A stretch of DNA of 64,000 bases. Source: Terriglobales bacterium (lineage in GTDB: Bacteria > Acidobacteriota > Terriglobia > Terriglobales > SCQP01). Below, piece after piece: positions 29,389-38,575 of this stretch. Position numbers and translations under genes: made by a program. Each line of letters starts with the position of its first letter. Position 1 is the first letter of the stretch. Location of the stretch: positions 5,781 to 69,780 of the forward strand of contig DATNED010000156.1 in assembly GCA_035553115.1 (NCBI GenBank), given 5' to 3'. The notes beneath the pieces are model-generated. The model searched no databases. It was not told the origin of the DNA and worked only from the letters and a program-made list of their open reading frames with translations.

Positions 29389-30297
29389 ATGACGATCTGC
29401 CCCCAATGCCGCCGCAGTTCTGCGGAATGCAGTTGCGCACAACTTCTGCCGCCGCTTCCGGAGTGGCGGCGCGAACTCCACCATCGCGTGGGAGTGTATC
29501 GCGCGCGCCGATTGCAAGATGCGCAACCGCTGCCGGAGGCGCCTGCGGCGCAAAGTCGGAATCGCCTGATCGTATTTCCTTTGTCGCCGCCCGCGCCTGC
29601 CCCCGGGCAGGAGTTCACTCCAGTGCCCCAGCTCCGTCCCGCAGCTGCGGCGGAGCGTGAACCCTTCGCACCGTTGCCCGAACCGCGCATGGCCGCATCC
29701 GCGCCTGCGCCTGCCAGCCGGAAACTCGAGCCGGCGGCCCTGTTGCGGCCGGACCTTCACGCACCGGAAGCGGAAAAGTACCTCCAATTGCCGCTCCCCA
29801 TTGCCGCGGCGGCGTTCCCTTCGGATCCGCGCCTGGCCTCGGCTCTGGCCCTGCGCGGCGAACGGATGTTGGCTGCCGCCATGGACGCCGCGTTGGTGCT
29901 CTTCGCCAGCGCGCTGTTTGCCCTGGTTTGCTGGATGGCCCTCGGACGCCCCGATCTCGCCCTCGCGCCGCGCGCGCTGCGCCATTGGCTGCCCGCCTGC
30001 GCGGTCGTACCCGCCTTGCTCGCAGCACTGTATCTGCTGCTGTGCGCCCATTGCGGCGGCGCCACGATCGGCTTGCGCTGGCGCGGACTGCGCATCGCCG
30101 GCGCCGACGGCCCCGCCGACGCCGCCGCCTGCCGGCGTCGCGGATGGGCGCTCCTGGTATCGCTGGGCTCGCTGGGGCTGGGCTTTGCCTGGATCTTTTG
30201 CGATCCCCATGGGCTGAGTTGGCATGACGCGATCTCGCGCACCTTTGTGGCTCTGGATTCGTCGAACCCGCTGCCGTCGTCCCGCCGGGAGCCCTGA
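29389..30297 (+). CDS. RDD-family membrane protein with an N-terminal zinc-ribbon-like motif
   Basis: Preferred start is ATG 29389 (MTICPQCRRSSAECSC); in-frame ATGs also occur at 29344 and 29359. Pro-rich linker, then an RDD domain (RGERMLAAAMDAALV...GLRWRGLRI...WHDAISRTFV). The stop overlaps the next gene's ATG. Confidence 0.7.
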   Translation: MTICPQCRRSSAECSCAQLLPPLPEWRRELHHRVGVYRARRLQDAQPLPEAPAAQSRNRLIVFPLSPPAPAPGQEFTPVPQLRPAAAAEREPFAPLPEPRMAASAPAPASRKLEPAALLRPDLHAPEAEKYLQLPLPIAAAAFPSDPRLASALALRGERMLAAAMDAALVLFASALFALVCWMALGRPDLALAPRALRHWLPACAVVPALLAALYLLLCAHCGGATIGLRWRGLRIAGADGPADAAACRRRGWALLVSLGSLGLGFAWIFCDPHGLSWHDAISRTFVALDSSNPLPSSRREP

Positions 30298-32579
30298 TGC
30301 GGACCCTTGCGCTGCTGCTGCTCGCATCGCTCGCTGCGCAATCGCAATCGCTGGCGGCCGACTATGCCCGCCTGCTGCATCCCCAGTTCTCGCGCGCCGC
30401 GACCGTGCATGCGGTGGCCTTTCAATGGGAAGGGATGCGTTTCCTCTTCGCTGATGGCGAACTCGCAATGACGGATTCAACCGCCGGCGCTTCCGGCGTT
30501 GCCGTCTTCACCGGCCGCGGCGCCAGCCAGGTCCTGCCCGCAGACAATCCTCTGGGCGCTCTGGAGCGCGGCCAGATGCTCCGCTTCCAGGGCCGGAGTG
30601 AGATTGCGGTGTTGTTCGATGGCGCCGTCTTTCGATTCGGAGATTCAGCCGTCTTCGCCTCGGCTCTCGGAGCCAGCGTGCACTTCACCCCCGGCAACAC
30701 CGAGCCGGCCGCCAAGCTCTTCGCCCGCCGCATCAAGTTCGAGGAATCCAATCGTGTGCCCTTGCTCGGCCGCTGGCTGCAAGCCGCGGCCCAGCCGAGG
30801 TCGCGCCTGTTGTACGCCAGCCTTTTCATGCGGGGCGGCGACTGGGTCGAGGCGCAATTCGATGCCTCCGCGGACCCCCGCGAAGATTCCGCCGCACGGA
30901 TCTTCGTCTGGGCGCCCGCGCCTGCCACCGATGCGCTGGTTCCCGAGATCTGGTCGGCCTATTCCCTGGACGAGGCGCCAGCCGCACCCGCGCCTCGCAT
31001 CAGCGACTACTCCATCAGCGCCACCGTCAGCGATCACCCCGAACTCGATGCCCTGGCCACGCTGACCCTGGATCGCGCCTCGGCGTCGCGCCTGCTGCTG
31101 TTTACGCTGGGCTCCGATTTGAAGATCGGCAAAGTCGAGGTGCCCGGCGCTGCCGGCGCAACGGAAGCGCTCGACTGGCTTCAGCCCGACCATGCCACCT
31201 GGTTCGCCGTGCGCGTTCCGCCTGCAGTCGCCTCTGCCGCACCGCTGCAATTACGCGTGAGCTATAGCGGCACCGCGCCCGCCGTTTTGGGCGCGGCCGG
31301 GCACGAAGCCCTTGCTTCCCCCGGCTGGTACCCCACGCTCGGCGCCGATCCCCTCGCCAGCCTGCCGCCCGCGCCCGCCGATTTCGATCTCACCTTTCTC
31401 ACCGACAAGCAAGATCACCTGGTGGCTTCCGGCGTACGCGTGGGCGCGGAATCCGAAATGGACGGCCATCTGCGAACCGAATGGCGGTCGCGCGCCGCCT
31501 TGCGCGCCGGCTTCGCCATCGGCCGCGACCAGCTGGCTGAAAAGACTGTGCAGCTCGCCAACGGCAGCGAGGTGCCGCTGCTGCTCTCGGCGCCCTCGCA
31601 TGATGCCGCGTCCTTGCTGCCGCTGGCGGGTGGCCGCCTGGTGAACATCCTCGATTTCTTGACCGCCCGCTTCGGCCCTTATCCGCTCTTCTCGGTCACC
31701 GCCACCCTCGCCGGCAGCGCCGACGTGGACCTGCCTCCCTCGCCCGGGATGATCGCGCTGGACCCCGGTTCGTTTCTCGATCTCGATCCCTCGCTCACCG
31801 AATTCGAGCCCGCCGCGCAAGCCGCCGCGCAGTGGTGGGGCGCACGGACCCCGCCGGCCACCGTGCATGATCAATGGCTCGAGGCGGGGCTCCGCCAGAT
31901 TAGCGGCCTCCTGTATCAGCAGTCGCGCTACGGCCTGGACTCCAGCCTCGCTACCGTGCAAGCTTGGCGCAAATTTCTGCTGCAGCGCGATCCCGACAGC
32001 GGACATGTTCCGGTGCGCACCGGCGCACTCTGGCTGGGTGCCGCGCGCCTCAGTTCGTCTCGCGACGACGGCGGCGCCCTGCTAGCCGCCAAAGGCGGAT
32101 ACGTCCTCTATATGCTCCGCCAAATGATGTTCAATCCCCAAAGCCCCGACCCGGACGCGAGCTTCACCGCCGCCCTGCGCGACTTCGCTGCCGCTGCGGG
32201 CGGCCGCGCTGCCTCCTCGGCTGAGTTTCAAACCGCCATGGAGCGCCACATGACCCCGGCCATGGACCTCGACGGAAACCGCAAGCTCGATTGGTTCTTC
32301 GGCCCTTGGCTGCGCGGCGACACCGTCCCCAGCATCACCTTCACCGCCGACCTTGCGCCGGCCGCCAACGGCAAGCCCCAAGTCACCCTCGCCGTGGACA
32401 ATCCCCAGCATTGGCGCGGCCTGCTGCCGGTCTACGTGTTCCGCGACGAAACCACCTGGGTGCGCGGTTTGATTCCGGTCACCAAAGATCACTTGAGCCA
32501 GACGCTGCCGGTTCCCTTCGTCCCCCGATTTGTCGAGGCCGACCATCTGCTCGATATGCTGGTGCAAATCAAGCAATGA
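30297..32579 (+). CDS. Secreted M1-peptidase-fold protein lacking the zinc-binding and catalytic residues (probable pseudo-peptidase)
   Basis: Signal peptide MRTLALLLLASLAAQSQS. The segment AAQAAAQWWGARTPPATVHDQWLEAGL aligns position-for-position with the M1 motif HExxHxWxG-x14-xEGx, but reads A-Q-x-x-A and A at the ligand positions. Confidence 0.65.
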   Translation: MRTLALLLLASLAAQSQSLAADYARLLHPQFSRAATVHAVAFQWEGMRFLFADGELAMTDSTAGASGVAVFTGRGASQVLPADNPLGALERGQMLRFQGRSEIAVLFDGAVFRFGDSAVFASALGASVHFTPGNTEPAAKLFARRIKFEESNRVPLLGRWLQAAAQPRSRLLYASLFMRGGDWVEAQFDASADPREDSAARIFVWAPAPATDALVPEIWSAYSLDEAPAAPAPRISDYSISATVSDHPELDALATLTLDRASASRLLLFTLGSDLKIGKVEVPGAAGATEALDWLQPDHATWFAVRVPPAVASAAPLQLRVSYSGTAPAVLGAAGHEALASPGWYPTLGADPLASLPPAPADFDLTFLTDKQDHLVASGVRVGAESEMDGHLRTEWRSRAALRAGFAIGRDQLAEKTVQLANGSEVPLLLSAPSHDAASLLPLAGGRLVNILDFLTARFGPYPLFSVTATLAGSADVDLPPSPGMIALDPGSFLDLDPSLTEFEPAAQAAAQWWGARTPPATVHDQWLEAGLRQISGLLYQQSRYGLDSSLATVQAWRKFLLQRDPDSGHVPVRTGALWLGAARLSSSRDDGGALLAAKGGYVLYMLRQMMFNPQSPDPDASFTAALRDFAAAAGGRAASSAEFQTAMERHMTPAMDLDGNRKLDWFFGPWLRGDTVPSITFTADLAPAANGKPQVTLAVDNPQHWRGLLPVYVFRDETTWVRGLIPVTKDHLSQTLPVPFVPRFVEADHLLDMLVQIKQ

Positions 32580-32633
32580 CCGCCGTCGGCATGCGCGCTT
32601 CGCCGAAGCGGTCCCGCGTGGATGCAGCGCACC

Positions 32634-33593
32634 TCAGTGTTCGAAGCCGGCGTCGGGAATGCGCTCTCGCCGGCCATCGGCGTGGCGGAGCCATACGCCG
32701 CGGGCTGCCTTGATTTGTCCAATGCAGGTCAGGCCCAGGCCCAGAACCCGCGGTGTCGGAATCGATTTGCCCCGCGGCAGCGTGAACAGCAATTCGTAAT
32801 CTTCGCCTCCGAAGAGCGCGCGCCGCAATGGAGGGCCGCTCGCGACCCCGGGTAGCGTCATCATTTCAATCTCCGCGCCCACGCCGCTGGCGCGGCAAAG
32901 GTGATGCAAATCCGTGGCCAGCCCGTCGCTCAGGTCAATCGCCGCCGAGGCCCTTCCGCGCAGCGCCTGCCCCAGCTCCCACCGCGCTCGCGGATGAATG
33001 TGGCGGGCGCGCGCTCTCCGCTCCTCCGCATTCTTCGCAGGGCGTCCGCGATGCACCAGCTCGCGCCCCAGCGCGGCCTCGCCCAGCCGCCCGGAGACAT
33101 AGATGCGGTCGCCGGCCCTGGCGCCGCTCCGTTGCAGTGCCTGGCCTCGAGGAACTTGCCCGAGCCCGACGACATCGAATACCGTCCGCTCGCGAGTTCT
33201 CCTCACCGTGGCCATGTCGCCGCCCGCCAGCGCCGCTTCCGCTTCCGCTGCCGCGTCCAGCAATCCGCGACAGAACTCCCGCGCCCAAGCCGTCGCCAAG
33301 GATTTCGGATACAGGCTCGATATCAGCAGCGCTACCGGCTCGGCGCCCATCGCCGCTAAGTCGCTGAGTGCCCGCGTGGCCAGCCGGCGTCCGCAGCTCG
33401 CCGCCCGATCCCGCGCGCGCAAGAAATGCACGCCCTCGACAAAAAGATCGGTCGTCGCCACGATCTCCCAGCCGCGCCGTGGGCGCAGCACCGCGGCATC
33501 GTCGCCGATGCCCAGCCGGACGTGCGGCTGCCGCGCGCGGCTCCGCTCCGCCGCGTTGCGCACCCACTCCAGCCAACTCCGCTCGGCTTGCAC
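32634..33593 (-). CDS. thiL: Thiamine-monophosphate kinase
   Basis: GTG start at 33593. Motifs LGIGDDAAVL, ATTDLFVEGVHF and the C-terminal GGEDYELLFT. Confidence 0.88.
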   Translation of the reverse strand: MQAERSWLEWVRNAAERSRARQPHVRLGIGDDAAVLRPRRGWEIVATTDLFVEGVHFLRARDRAASCGRRLATRALSDLAAMGAEPVALLISSLYPKSLATAWAREFCRGLLDAAAEAEAALAGGDMATVRRTRERTVFDVVGLGQVPRGQALQRSGARAGDRIYVSGRLGEAALGRELVHRGRPAKNAEERRARARHIHPRARWELGQALRGRASAAIDLSDGLATDLHHLCRASGVGAEIEMMTLPGVASGPPLRRALFGGEDYELLFTLPRGKSIPTPRVLGLGLTCIGQIKAARGVWLRHADGRRERIPDAGFEH

Positions 33594-33618
33594 GGCAATG
33601 CCAGCATACCCCTTCGGC

Positions 33619-33779
33619 CGGCGGCAGGGCCCGAGTTGCCCCGGGGGCGACTCTCCGGAAGGGGCGAGACGGGGTGGATGGCTAGGACGCAGGGAGGGCG
33701 CGAACCGCAGCGTGGCTGGATGCCACGTGAGGATTCGCGCCCGACCGAGGACAACGCCAGACGCCCCGTATCGCCCCGC
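33619..33779. repeat. Intergenic repeat, copy B (long form with a structured 114-bp internal segment)
   Basis: The left module CGGCGGCAGGGCCCGAGTTGCCCCG (33619-33643) is identical to 35324-35348. The right module at 33745-33779 is identical to copy A. The internal segment contains a nested hairpin at 33697-33741. Confidence 0.8.
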
Positions 33780-33826
33780 CGCGCTCCATGTCGCAGGACC
33801 ATTAATGGAGACAGGGGCCGCGCGCC

Positions 33827-34519
33827 ATGCCCATCCTCATACTTGGCAAACGATTCTCTGGAGCCATCGAGCGGCGGATGCAGGCCGCGCTCGCTCAATG
33901 CCGGCTTCCCTCAGGTTGGAAGGGGCAGCGGGTGCTGCGGGGCATGAACCGGCGGCATTCCCGCGTCACCGATTGGGGGATGAGTCAGGTGGCGATTCGG
34001 ATCAGTGACACGGTTCTCGATGTCGGCTGCGGGGGAGGACGCACGCTTGCGAAATTGGCTGCGTTGGCATCGGAAGGCGGAGTCAGCGGCGTGGATCATT
34101 CGCCCGCCAGCGTGGCCATGGCCGCGCGGCTCAATCGGGAAGCAATTGCCTCCGGCCGGATCGAAGTCCGCGAAGCATCGGTGGAACGTCTGCCGTACCC
34201 GAATGGCAGCTTCGATGTCGCCACGGCGATTGAAACCCACTTCTGGTGGCCAGATATCGGTGCTGGCCTTCGCGAGATCCGGCGCGTGCTCAAGCCCGGC
34301 GGCAGGTTGGCGCTGATCGCGGAGGTGCATCGCGGAGCGAACGGCCGTGGGGCGAAATTTGCGGAGCGCTTTCTGCCCGCAGCGGGCCTGAAGCTGCTCT
34401 CGGCGGACGAGCACCGGGAGATCCTTGCCGCTGCCGGGTTCAACAGCATCCGGGTCGTCACGCAAGGCGCTTGGATTTGCGCGACCGGCTCGCTTGCGGT
34501 CGGCTCGGAGTCGAAGTAG
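33827..34519 (+). CDS. Class I SAM-dependent methyltransferase
   Basis: MNRRHSRVTDWG lead-in and SAM motif I VLDVGCGGG, then LKPGGRLALI. Start uncertain: candidate ATGs at 33827, 33878 and 33944. Confidence 0.8.
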   Translation: MPILILGKRFSGAIERRMQAALAQCRLPSGWKGQRVLRGMNRRHSRVTDWGMSQVAIRISDTVLDVGCGGGRTLAKLAALASEGGVSGVDHSPASVAMAARLNREAIASGRIEVREASVERLPYPNGSFDVATAIETHFWWPDIGAGLREIRRVLKPGGRLALIAEVHRGANGRGAKFAERFLPAAGLKLLSADEHREILAAAGFNSIRVVTQGAWICATGSLAVGSESK

Positions 34520-34528
34520 AGTCGCGGT

Positions 34529-35317
34529 ATGAAGAACGCTGGCATCGGCTGGGGCATGCGGGTCTTGGGGCTGGGCGCGGTGTGGGTGGGCTGCGTGAAC
34601 CTGGTCTGGCATCAGCCGCGCCTCTGGCCGCAGACGTTTCCGCTCAACTATCTGCCCGGAAGCGCCGTGTTCGGATTGTTCGTCGTGGTCGCGGCGGTGG
34701 AGTTGGCTGGCGGCCTCGCTCTGCTGGCGCCAGCGCGCATGGACCGCGTGGTGCGGGCCGGGGCGGGCGCGCTCTGCGCGGCGTATGGCGTGATCACGGC
34801 GTTGACGCTGCCGGCCATTGTTCGCCACCCGCTGATCTTCGCCACCTGGGGCGGGACCGGGGAAGAGTTGTCGCGACTGGCAGGAGCTGCCATCGTCCTG
34901 GCCATGGTGCGGCGCCGGCACGCCCTCGGGTGGTATTGGATTTTCGGGCTTTGCGTGGCGACCTTCGCCGGCGAGCAGTTGGCCTTCTTTGCGCGCACGA
35001 TGACGTTGGTGCCGAAGTGGATTCCGCCCAGCCCCTGGTTCTGGACGGTGGTGACGACCATCGCCTTCGGCTTGGCCGCCGCGGCGATGCTCTCCGGGCG
35101 CATGGCGCTGCTGGCCTCGCGGCTCCTGACCGCAATGATGGTGTCGTTCGTGCCGCTCATTTGGGTGCCGCTCTTGATCGTCCAGCCGCATACGCTCGGC
35201 AATTGGCTCGAGAGCGCGGAGACGCTTTCGATCGCTGGCGCGTGCTGGGTCGTGGCGGACTATCTGGGCCGGCAGCCGGCCGAAAAAGGCGCGCGCGCGG
35301 ATTCCGCCGCGCCGTAA
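34529..35317 (+). CDS. Polytopic membrane protein of unknown function (DoxX-like topology)
   Basis: 262 aa with about 7-8 hydrophobic helices. The coding frame was chosen over an overlapping Arg/Gly-rich 505-aa ORF. No diagnostic motif recognised. Confidence 0.55.
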   Translation: MKNAGIGWGMRVLGLGAVWVGCVNLVWHQPRLWPQTFPLNYLPGSAVFGLFVVVAAVELAGGLALLAPARMDRVVRAGAGALCAAYGVITALTLPAIVRHPLIFATWGGTGEELSRLAGAAIVLAMVRRRHALGWYWIFGLCVATFAGEQLAFFARTMTLVPKWIPPSPWFWTVVTTIAFGLAAAAMLSGRMALLASRLLTAMMVSFVPLIWVPLLIVQPHTLGNWLESAETLSIAGACWVVADYLGRQPAEKGARADSAAP

Positions 35318-35323
35318 TCCGAA

Positions 35324-35360
35324 CGGCGGCAGGGCCCGAGTTGCCCCGCGCCACTCCACC
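35324..35360. repeat. Intergenic repeat, copy C (left module fused to the tail of the right module)
   Basis: CGGCGGCAGGGCCCGAGTTGCCCCG followed by CGCCACTCCACC. The GCCCCGCGCCAC junction matches the end of copy D. Confidence 0.7.
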
Positions 35361-35416
35361 CCACCCATCGGGGGGATTTTCAGCGCTGCGGGCGGGGCCT
35401 ATAGTGGCCTCAGCTC

Positions 35417-38098
35417 ATGCAACCACTGTTCTACGCGGCCTTGGCGCTGGCCGCGGGAATCGCGGGGACGGCCGGCGTGTCCGGCACCTTAAGCGCGCCA
35501 GCCGCCATCGGGGCTTCAGCTTGGATTTGGGGCTCGCTGCTGCTGGGGACGGCGGTTGCAGCAGCGTGGGACAGACGCAGAGCCGCGGCCGCGTTGGGCT
35601 TGGCGCTGTGCGTCGCCCTGGGGTACTCCCGCGCGAGGAATGCGCTGCTGCGTCCGGCCGCGCCTTCGGCCTTGGAGCAGGCCGCGGCGGAGTTGCAGAC
35701 GCACCCGCGCGACCGCGTAACCCTGACGGGATACCTGCGCGACACGCCCGAGCGGCTCTATGACCATGGGCGGCTGAGCGCGGTGCGGCTCGATCTCGAG
35801 GCCGCAAGCGCCGCGCGGGATCGGGCCGGGAGCGGCCTGCGCGGCGTTTCCGGCGGCGTTCGGCTGTATAGCTACCCTCCCCGTCCCGCGGGCGCGGACG
35901 AGAGCGACAACCAAACCGAGGCGGAAGCGCCGGCGGACGCAAGCTGGGCGGCGGCGCTGCTGAAGCTGCATGCCGGCGAGGGGGTCGAGGTGGCCGTGCA
36001 CCTGCGCCCGTTGCGGGCGTACCACGATCCCGGCGTGGCGGATTTCACCGCCAACGACCGCCGGCAGGGTATCGCTATGACAGCGACGCTGGCGGCCGCA
36101 TCCTGGCGCTCGCTGCCATCGCGGAACGCCGCGCCCGGCCGCGAGCTGCGGGCCGCCCTTTGGCACTGGATGAGCCTGCGACTCGACCGCCTTGCGCCGC
36201 CATCGGCCGCGCCGCGGGAAAACGCCCTGCTCCGCGGCATGCTGCTCGGCGATATCGCGCGCCTGGACGAGGCCACTCGCGACGACTTCCAAGTGGACGG
36301 CGTCTACCACCTGCTGGTGGTCGCCGGGCTGCACCTGGGCGTGCTGGCGGCATTCCTCTGGTCGGTCCTTCGCTTGCTGCGCCTGCGTCCCGCCGCCCGC
36401 TCGGCGCTCACCCTGCTCGCGCTTGCGGCCTACACCTGGACCATCGCTGGACGCACGCCCACCGAGCGCGCGCTGCTCATGCTGGCGGTGTACTTCGGCG
36501 CGCGGCTGTGGTTCCGCGAGCGCCAGGCGCTGAACGCAGTGGGCGCGGCCGCGCTGGCGCTGCTGCTGTGGCGCCCGCTCGATCTATTCGCCGCCGGATT
36601 TCAAATGTCGTTGGGCGCGGCCGCGCTGCTGGCGGGCGTGGCGCTGCCGCTCATGGTGCGCACCTCGCATCCTTTGCGCCGCGCCAGCTTGCAGTTGGCC
36701 AACCTGGAGGCCGACGCCGGGCTGGCGCCGCGCCTGGCGCAGTTCCGCTTGGACCTGCGTGCCTTGGCGACGAGATTGGGTTGGATTTGGCGACCGCTGG
36801 GCTGGCGCGTCCTGCCGATGGTCTGGCGCGGACTCCTGCGCATGTATGAGGTCATCCTGATCTCGCTGGTGCTGCAGCTCGGCTTTGCCGCGTTCAACGT
36901 CGTGTATTTCCATCGCTTCAATGTTTGGTCCGTGGCGGCGAACGCTGTGCTGGTGCCCGCGGCCGCGGTGCTGATTCCGCTGGCCTGGATCGGCATGGCC
37001 GCAGGGGGTTGGGGCGGCATCGCGGCCTACGCCGCGCGCGCCGCGACGCTGGGCTTGGCTCGGGCGGTGCTGCACCTTGCGAGCGCGATGGCGCGCTGGC
37101 CGATGGCGCAGTTCCGCGTTCCCTCGCCGCCGGGATGGATGCTCGCCGTTTTCGGTGCCGCTTGCGGCGCTTGGCTGATTGCCTGCGCGGCGCGCCGGTC
37201 GTGGCGCGCGGCCTTCACAGCCTCCGGCCTGGTGGCGGCGCTGGCCGCGGTGCTGGCCTGGGCGCCGTTCCCGGCGCGGCTGCCGCCCGGCCTGAGCGCG
37301 ACGATTCTTGATGTCGGCCAAGGCGATTCGATCTTCGTTTCGTTTCCAGACGGCCGCACGCTCCTTGTGGATGGCGGCCCCAGCTCGCCGCATTGGGACA
37401 GCGGCGAGGAGGTGGTCGCGCCCTTTCTCTGGTCGCTCGGCCTGAAGCGCCTCGACGCCGTGCTCCTCACCCACGGCCACATGGACCACCTCGGCGGTTT
37501 GGACACGGTGGTGCGCGACTTCCGCCCGGGCGAAGTGTGGCTGACGCGCACGCTGCCGCAAGAGCGGGCCCTGGCCGACCTCCTGCGCAGCGCCGGTGCG
37601 ATTGGCGCTCGGGTGCGAAGGCTGAGTAGCGGCGATGGCTTCTTGGCGGGTGCGAGCCGCGTCCAAGTGCTGTTGCCGCCGCCGCTGTACCAGGGTGGCG
37701 AACTGGCCAGCAACGACGACTCGATGGTGGTGCGGGTGAGCTGGGGCGCGCCCGGCAGGAACGATGCCTTGCTGCTCGAGGGCGATGCCGAGGCCGGCGG
37801 CGAGCAGTGGATGGTGGATCACCACCTCGATCTCGCCAGCGTGGTCCTCAAGGTCGGCCATCATGGCAGCCGGACTTCTTCCAGCCCCGCGTTTCTCGCA
37901 GCCGTCGCGCCGCAAGTGGCGGTGATCTCGGTGGGCGCCGGCAACTCCTACGGCCATCCCGCCCCCGATGTGGTGGCGCGCCTCCAGGCCGTCGGCGCGC
38001 GCGTGTACCGCACCGACCGAGATGGCGCGGTGCAGTGCCGCATTGCCGGACCCGACCTCAGCGTCTATCTGTTCCGCCGCCTGCCCGGGACTCAATGA
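35417..38098 (+). CDS. comEC: ComEC/Rec2 family DNA internalisation channel protein with a C-terminal MBL domain
   Basis: 893 aa with a polytopic competence domain (YHLLVVAGLHLGV). The C-terminal metallo-beta-lactamase region has ILDVGQGDSIFV and LLTHGHMDHLGG. Confidence 0.9.
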   Translation: MQPLFYAALALAAGIAGTAGVSGTLSAPAAIGASAWIWGSLLLGTAVAAAWDRRRAAAALGLALCVALGYSRARNALLRPAAPSALEQAAAELQTHPRDRVTLTGYLRDTPERLYDHGRLSAVRLDLEAASAARDRAGSGLRGVSGGVRLYSYPPRPAGADESDNQTEAEAPADASWAAALLKLHAGEGVEVAVHLRPLRAYHDPGVADFTANDRRQGIAMTATLAAASWRSLPSRNAAPGRELRAALWHWMSLRLDRLAPPSAAPRENALLRGMLLGDIARLDEATRDDFQVDGVYHLLVVAGLHLGVLAAFLWSVLRLLRLRPAARSALTLLALAAYTWTIAGRTPTERALLMLAVYFGARLWFRERQALNAVGAAALALLLWRPLDLFAAGFQMSLGAAALLAGVALPLMVRTSHPLRRASLQLANLEADAGLAPRLAQFRLDLRALATRLGWIWRPLGWRVLPMVWRGLLRMYEVILISLVLQLGFAAFNVVYFHRFNVWSVAANAVLVPAAAVLIPLAWIGMAAGGWGGIAAYAARAATLGLARAVLHLASAMARWPMAQFRVPSPPGWMLAVFGAACGAWLIACAARRSWRAAFTASGLVAALAAVLAWAPFPARLPPGLSATILDVGQGDSIFVSFPDGRTLLVDGGPSSPHWDSGEEVVAPFLWSLGLKRLDAVLLTHGHMDHLGGLDTVVRDFRPGEVWLTRTLPQERALADLLRSAGAIGARVRRLSSGDGFLAGASRVQVLLPPPLYQGGELASNDDSMVVRVSWGAPGRNDALLLEGDAEAGGEQWMVDHHLDLASVVLKVGHHGSRTSSSPAFLAAVAPQVAVISVGAGNSYGHPAPDVVARLQAVGARVYRTDRDGAVQCRIAGPDLSVYLFRRLPGTQ

Positions 38099-38532
38099 GG
38101 ATACGGATGGCCGCTGAGGATGGCCAGCGCGCGGTAGAGCTGCTCCAGCAAGACCACCCGCGCCAATTCGTGCGAGAGCGTGAGCGGGCCCAGCGACAGC
38201 TTGCCCGCCGCCGCGGCCTGGATCGGCGCGGAAAACCCGTCGGCGCCGCCCACGGCAATCACGATCTCGCGATTGCCCGCGGCCGCCGCCTCGCGCTCGA
38301 GAAACTGCGCGAATTCCGGTGACGTCAACGTGCGCCCGCCCGGATCGCAGAGCCAGAGCCGCGCCCCTTGGGCGCGTTCGAGCAGCTTGGCCTGGGGATC
38401 ACGGCCCGCCAGCTCTTCGCCAGCGACCGTCGCCCGGCGCGCGAAGCCCCGCAGCCGTGTGAGGTATTCCTCGGTCCATGCGCAAGCGGCGGAATGCTTG
38501 CTTTTGCCGATCCAGGCCGCGCGAATCCGCAT
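38092..38532 (-). CDS. rlmH: 23S rRNA (pseudouridine1915-N3)-methyltransferase
   Basis: 146-aa SPOUT protein with VIAVGGADGF and LSLGPLTLSHELARVVLLEQLYRA. Its 3' end overlaps the comEC 3' end by 7 nt (convergent). Confidence 0.9.
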   Translation of the reverse strand: MRIRAAWIGKSKHSAACAWTEEYLTRLRGFARRATVAGEELAGRDPQAKLLERAQGARLWLCDPGGRTLTSPEFAQFLEREAAAAGNREIVIAVGGADGFSAPIQAAAAGKLSLGPLTLSHELARVVLLEQLYRALAILSGHPYPH

Positions 38533-38575
38533 GAACCATCATGGTAGCCTTAAGGGAACCCGCAACGGAGGAACG

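Noticed and set aside
33594-33826. Possible TPP riboswitch upstream of thiL
   Set aside because: I could not find the conserved CUGAGA and ACCUGAUCUGGAUAAUGCCAGCG-like cores on the thiL strand. The structure present belongs to the dispersed repeat instead.
34246-35763. 505-aa plus-strand ORF overlapping the methyltransferase, the membrane protein and the comEC start
   Set aside because: The product is Arg/Gly/Ala-rich. It is incompatible with three better-supported genes and reads through intergenic repeat copy C.
38180-38575. Upstream extension of the hypothetical-protein ORF (track ORF 38180..39001)
   Set aside because: The extension is antisense to rlmH and is Ala/Ser/Arg/Pro-rich. The internal ATG at 38576 has a GGAGGAA ribosome-binding site and marks the change to balanced composition.
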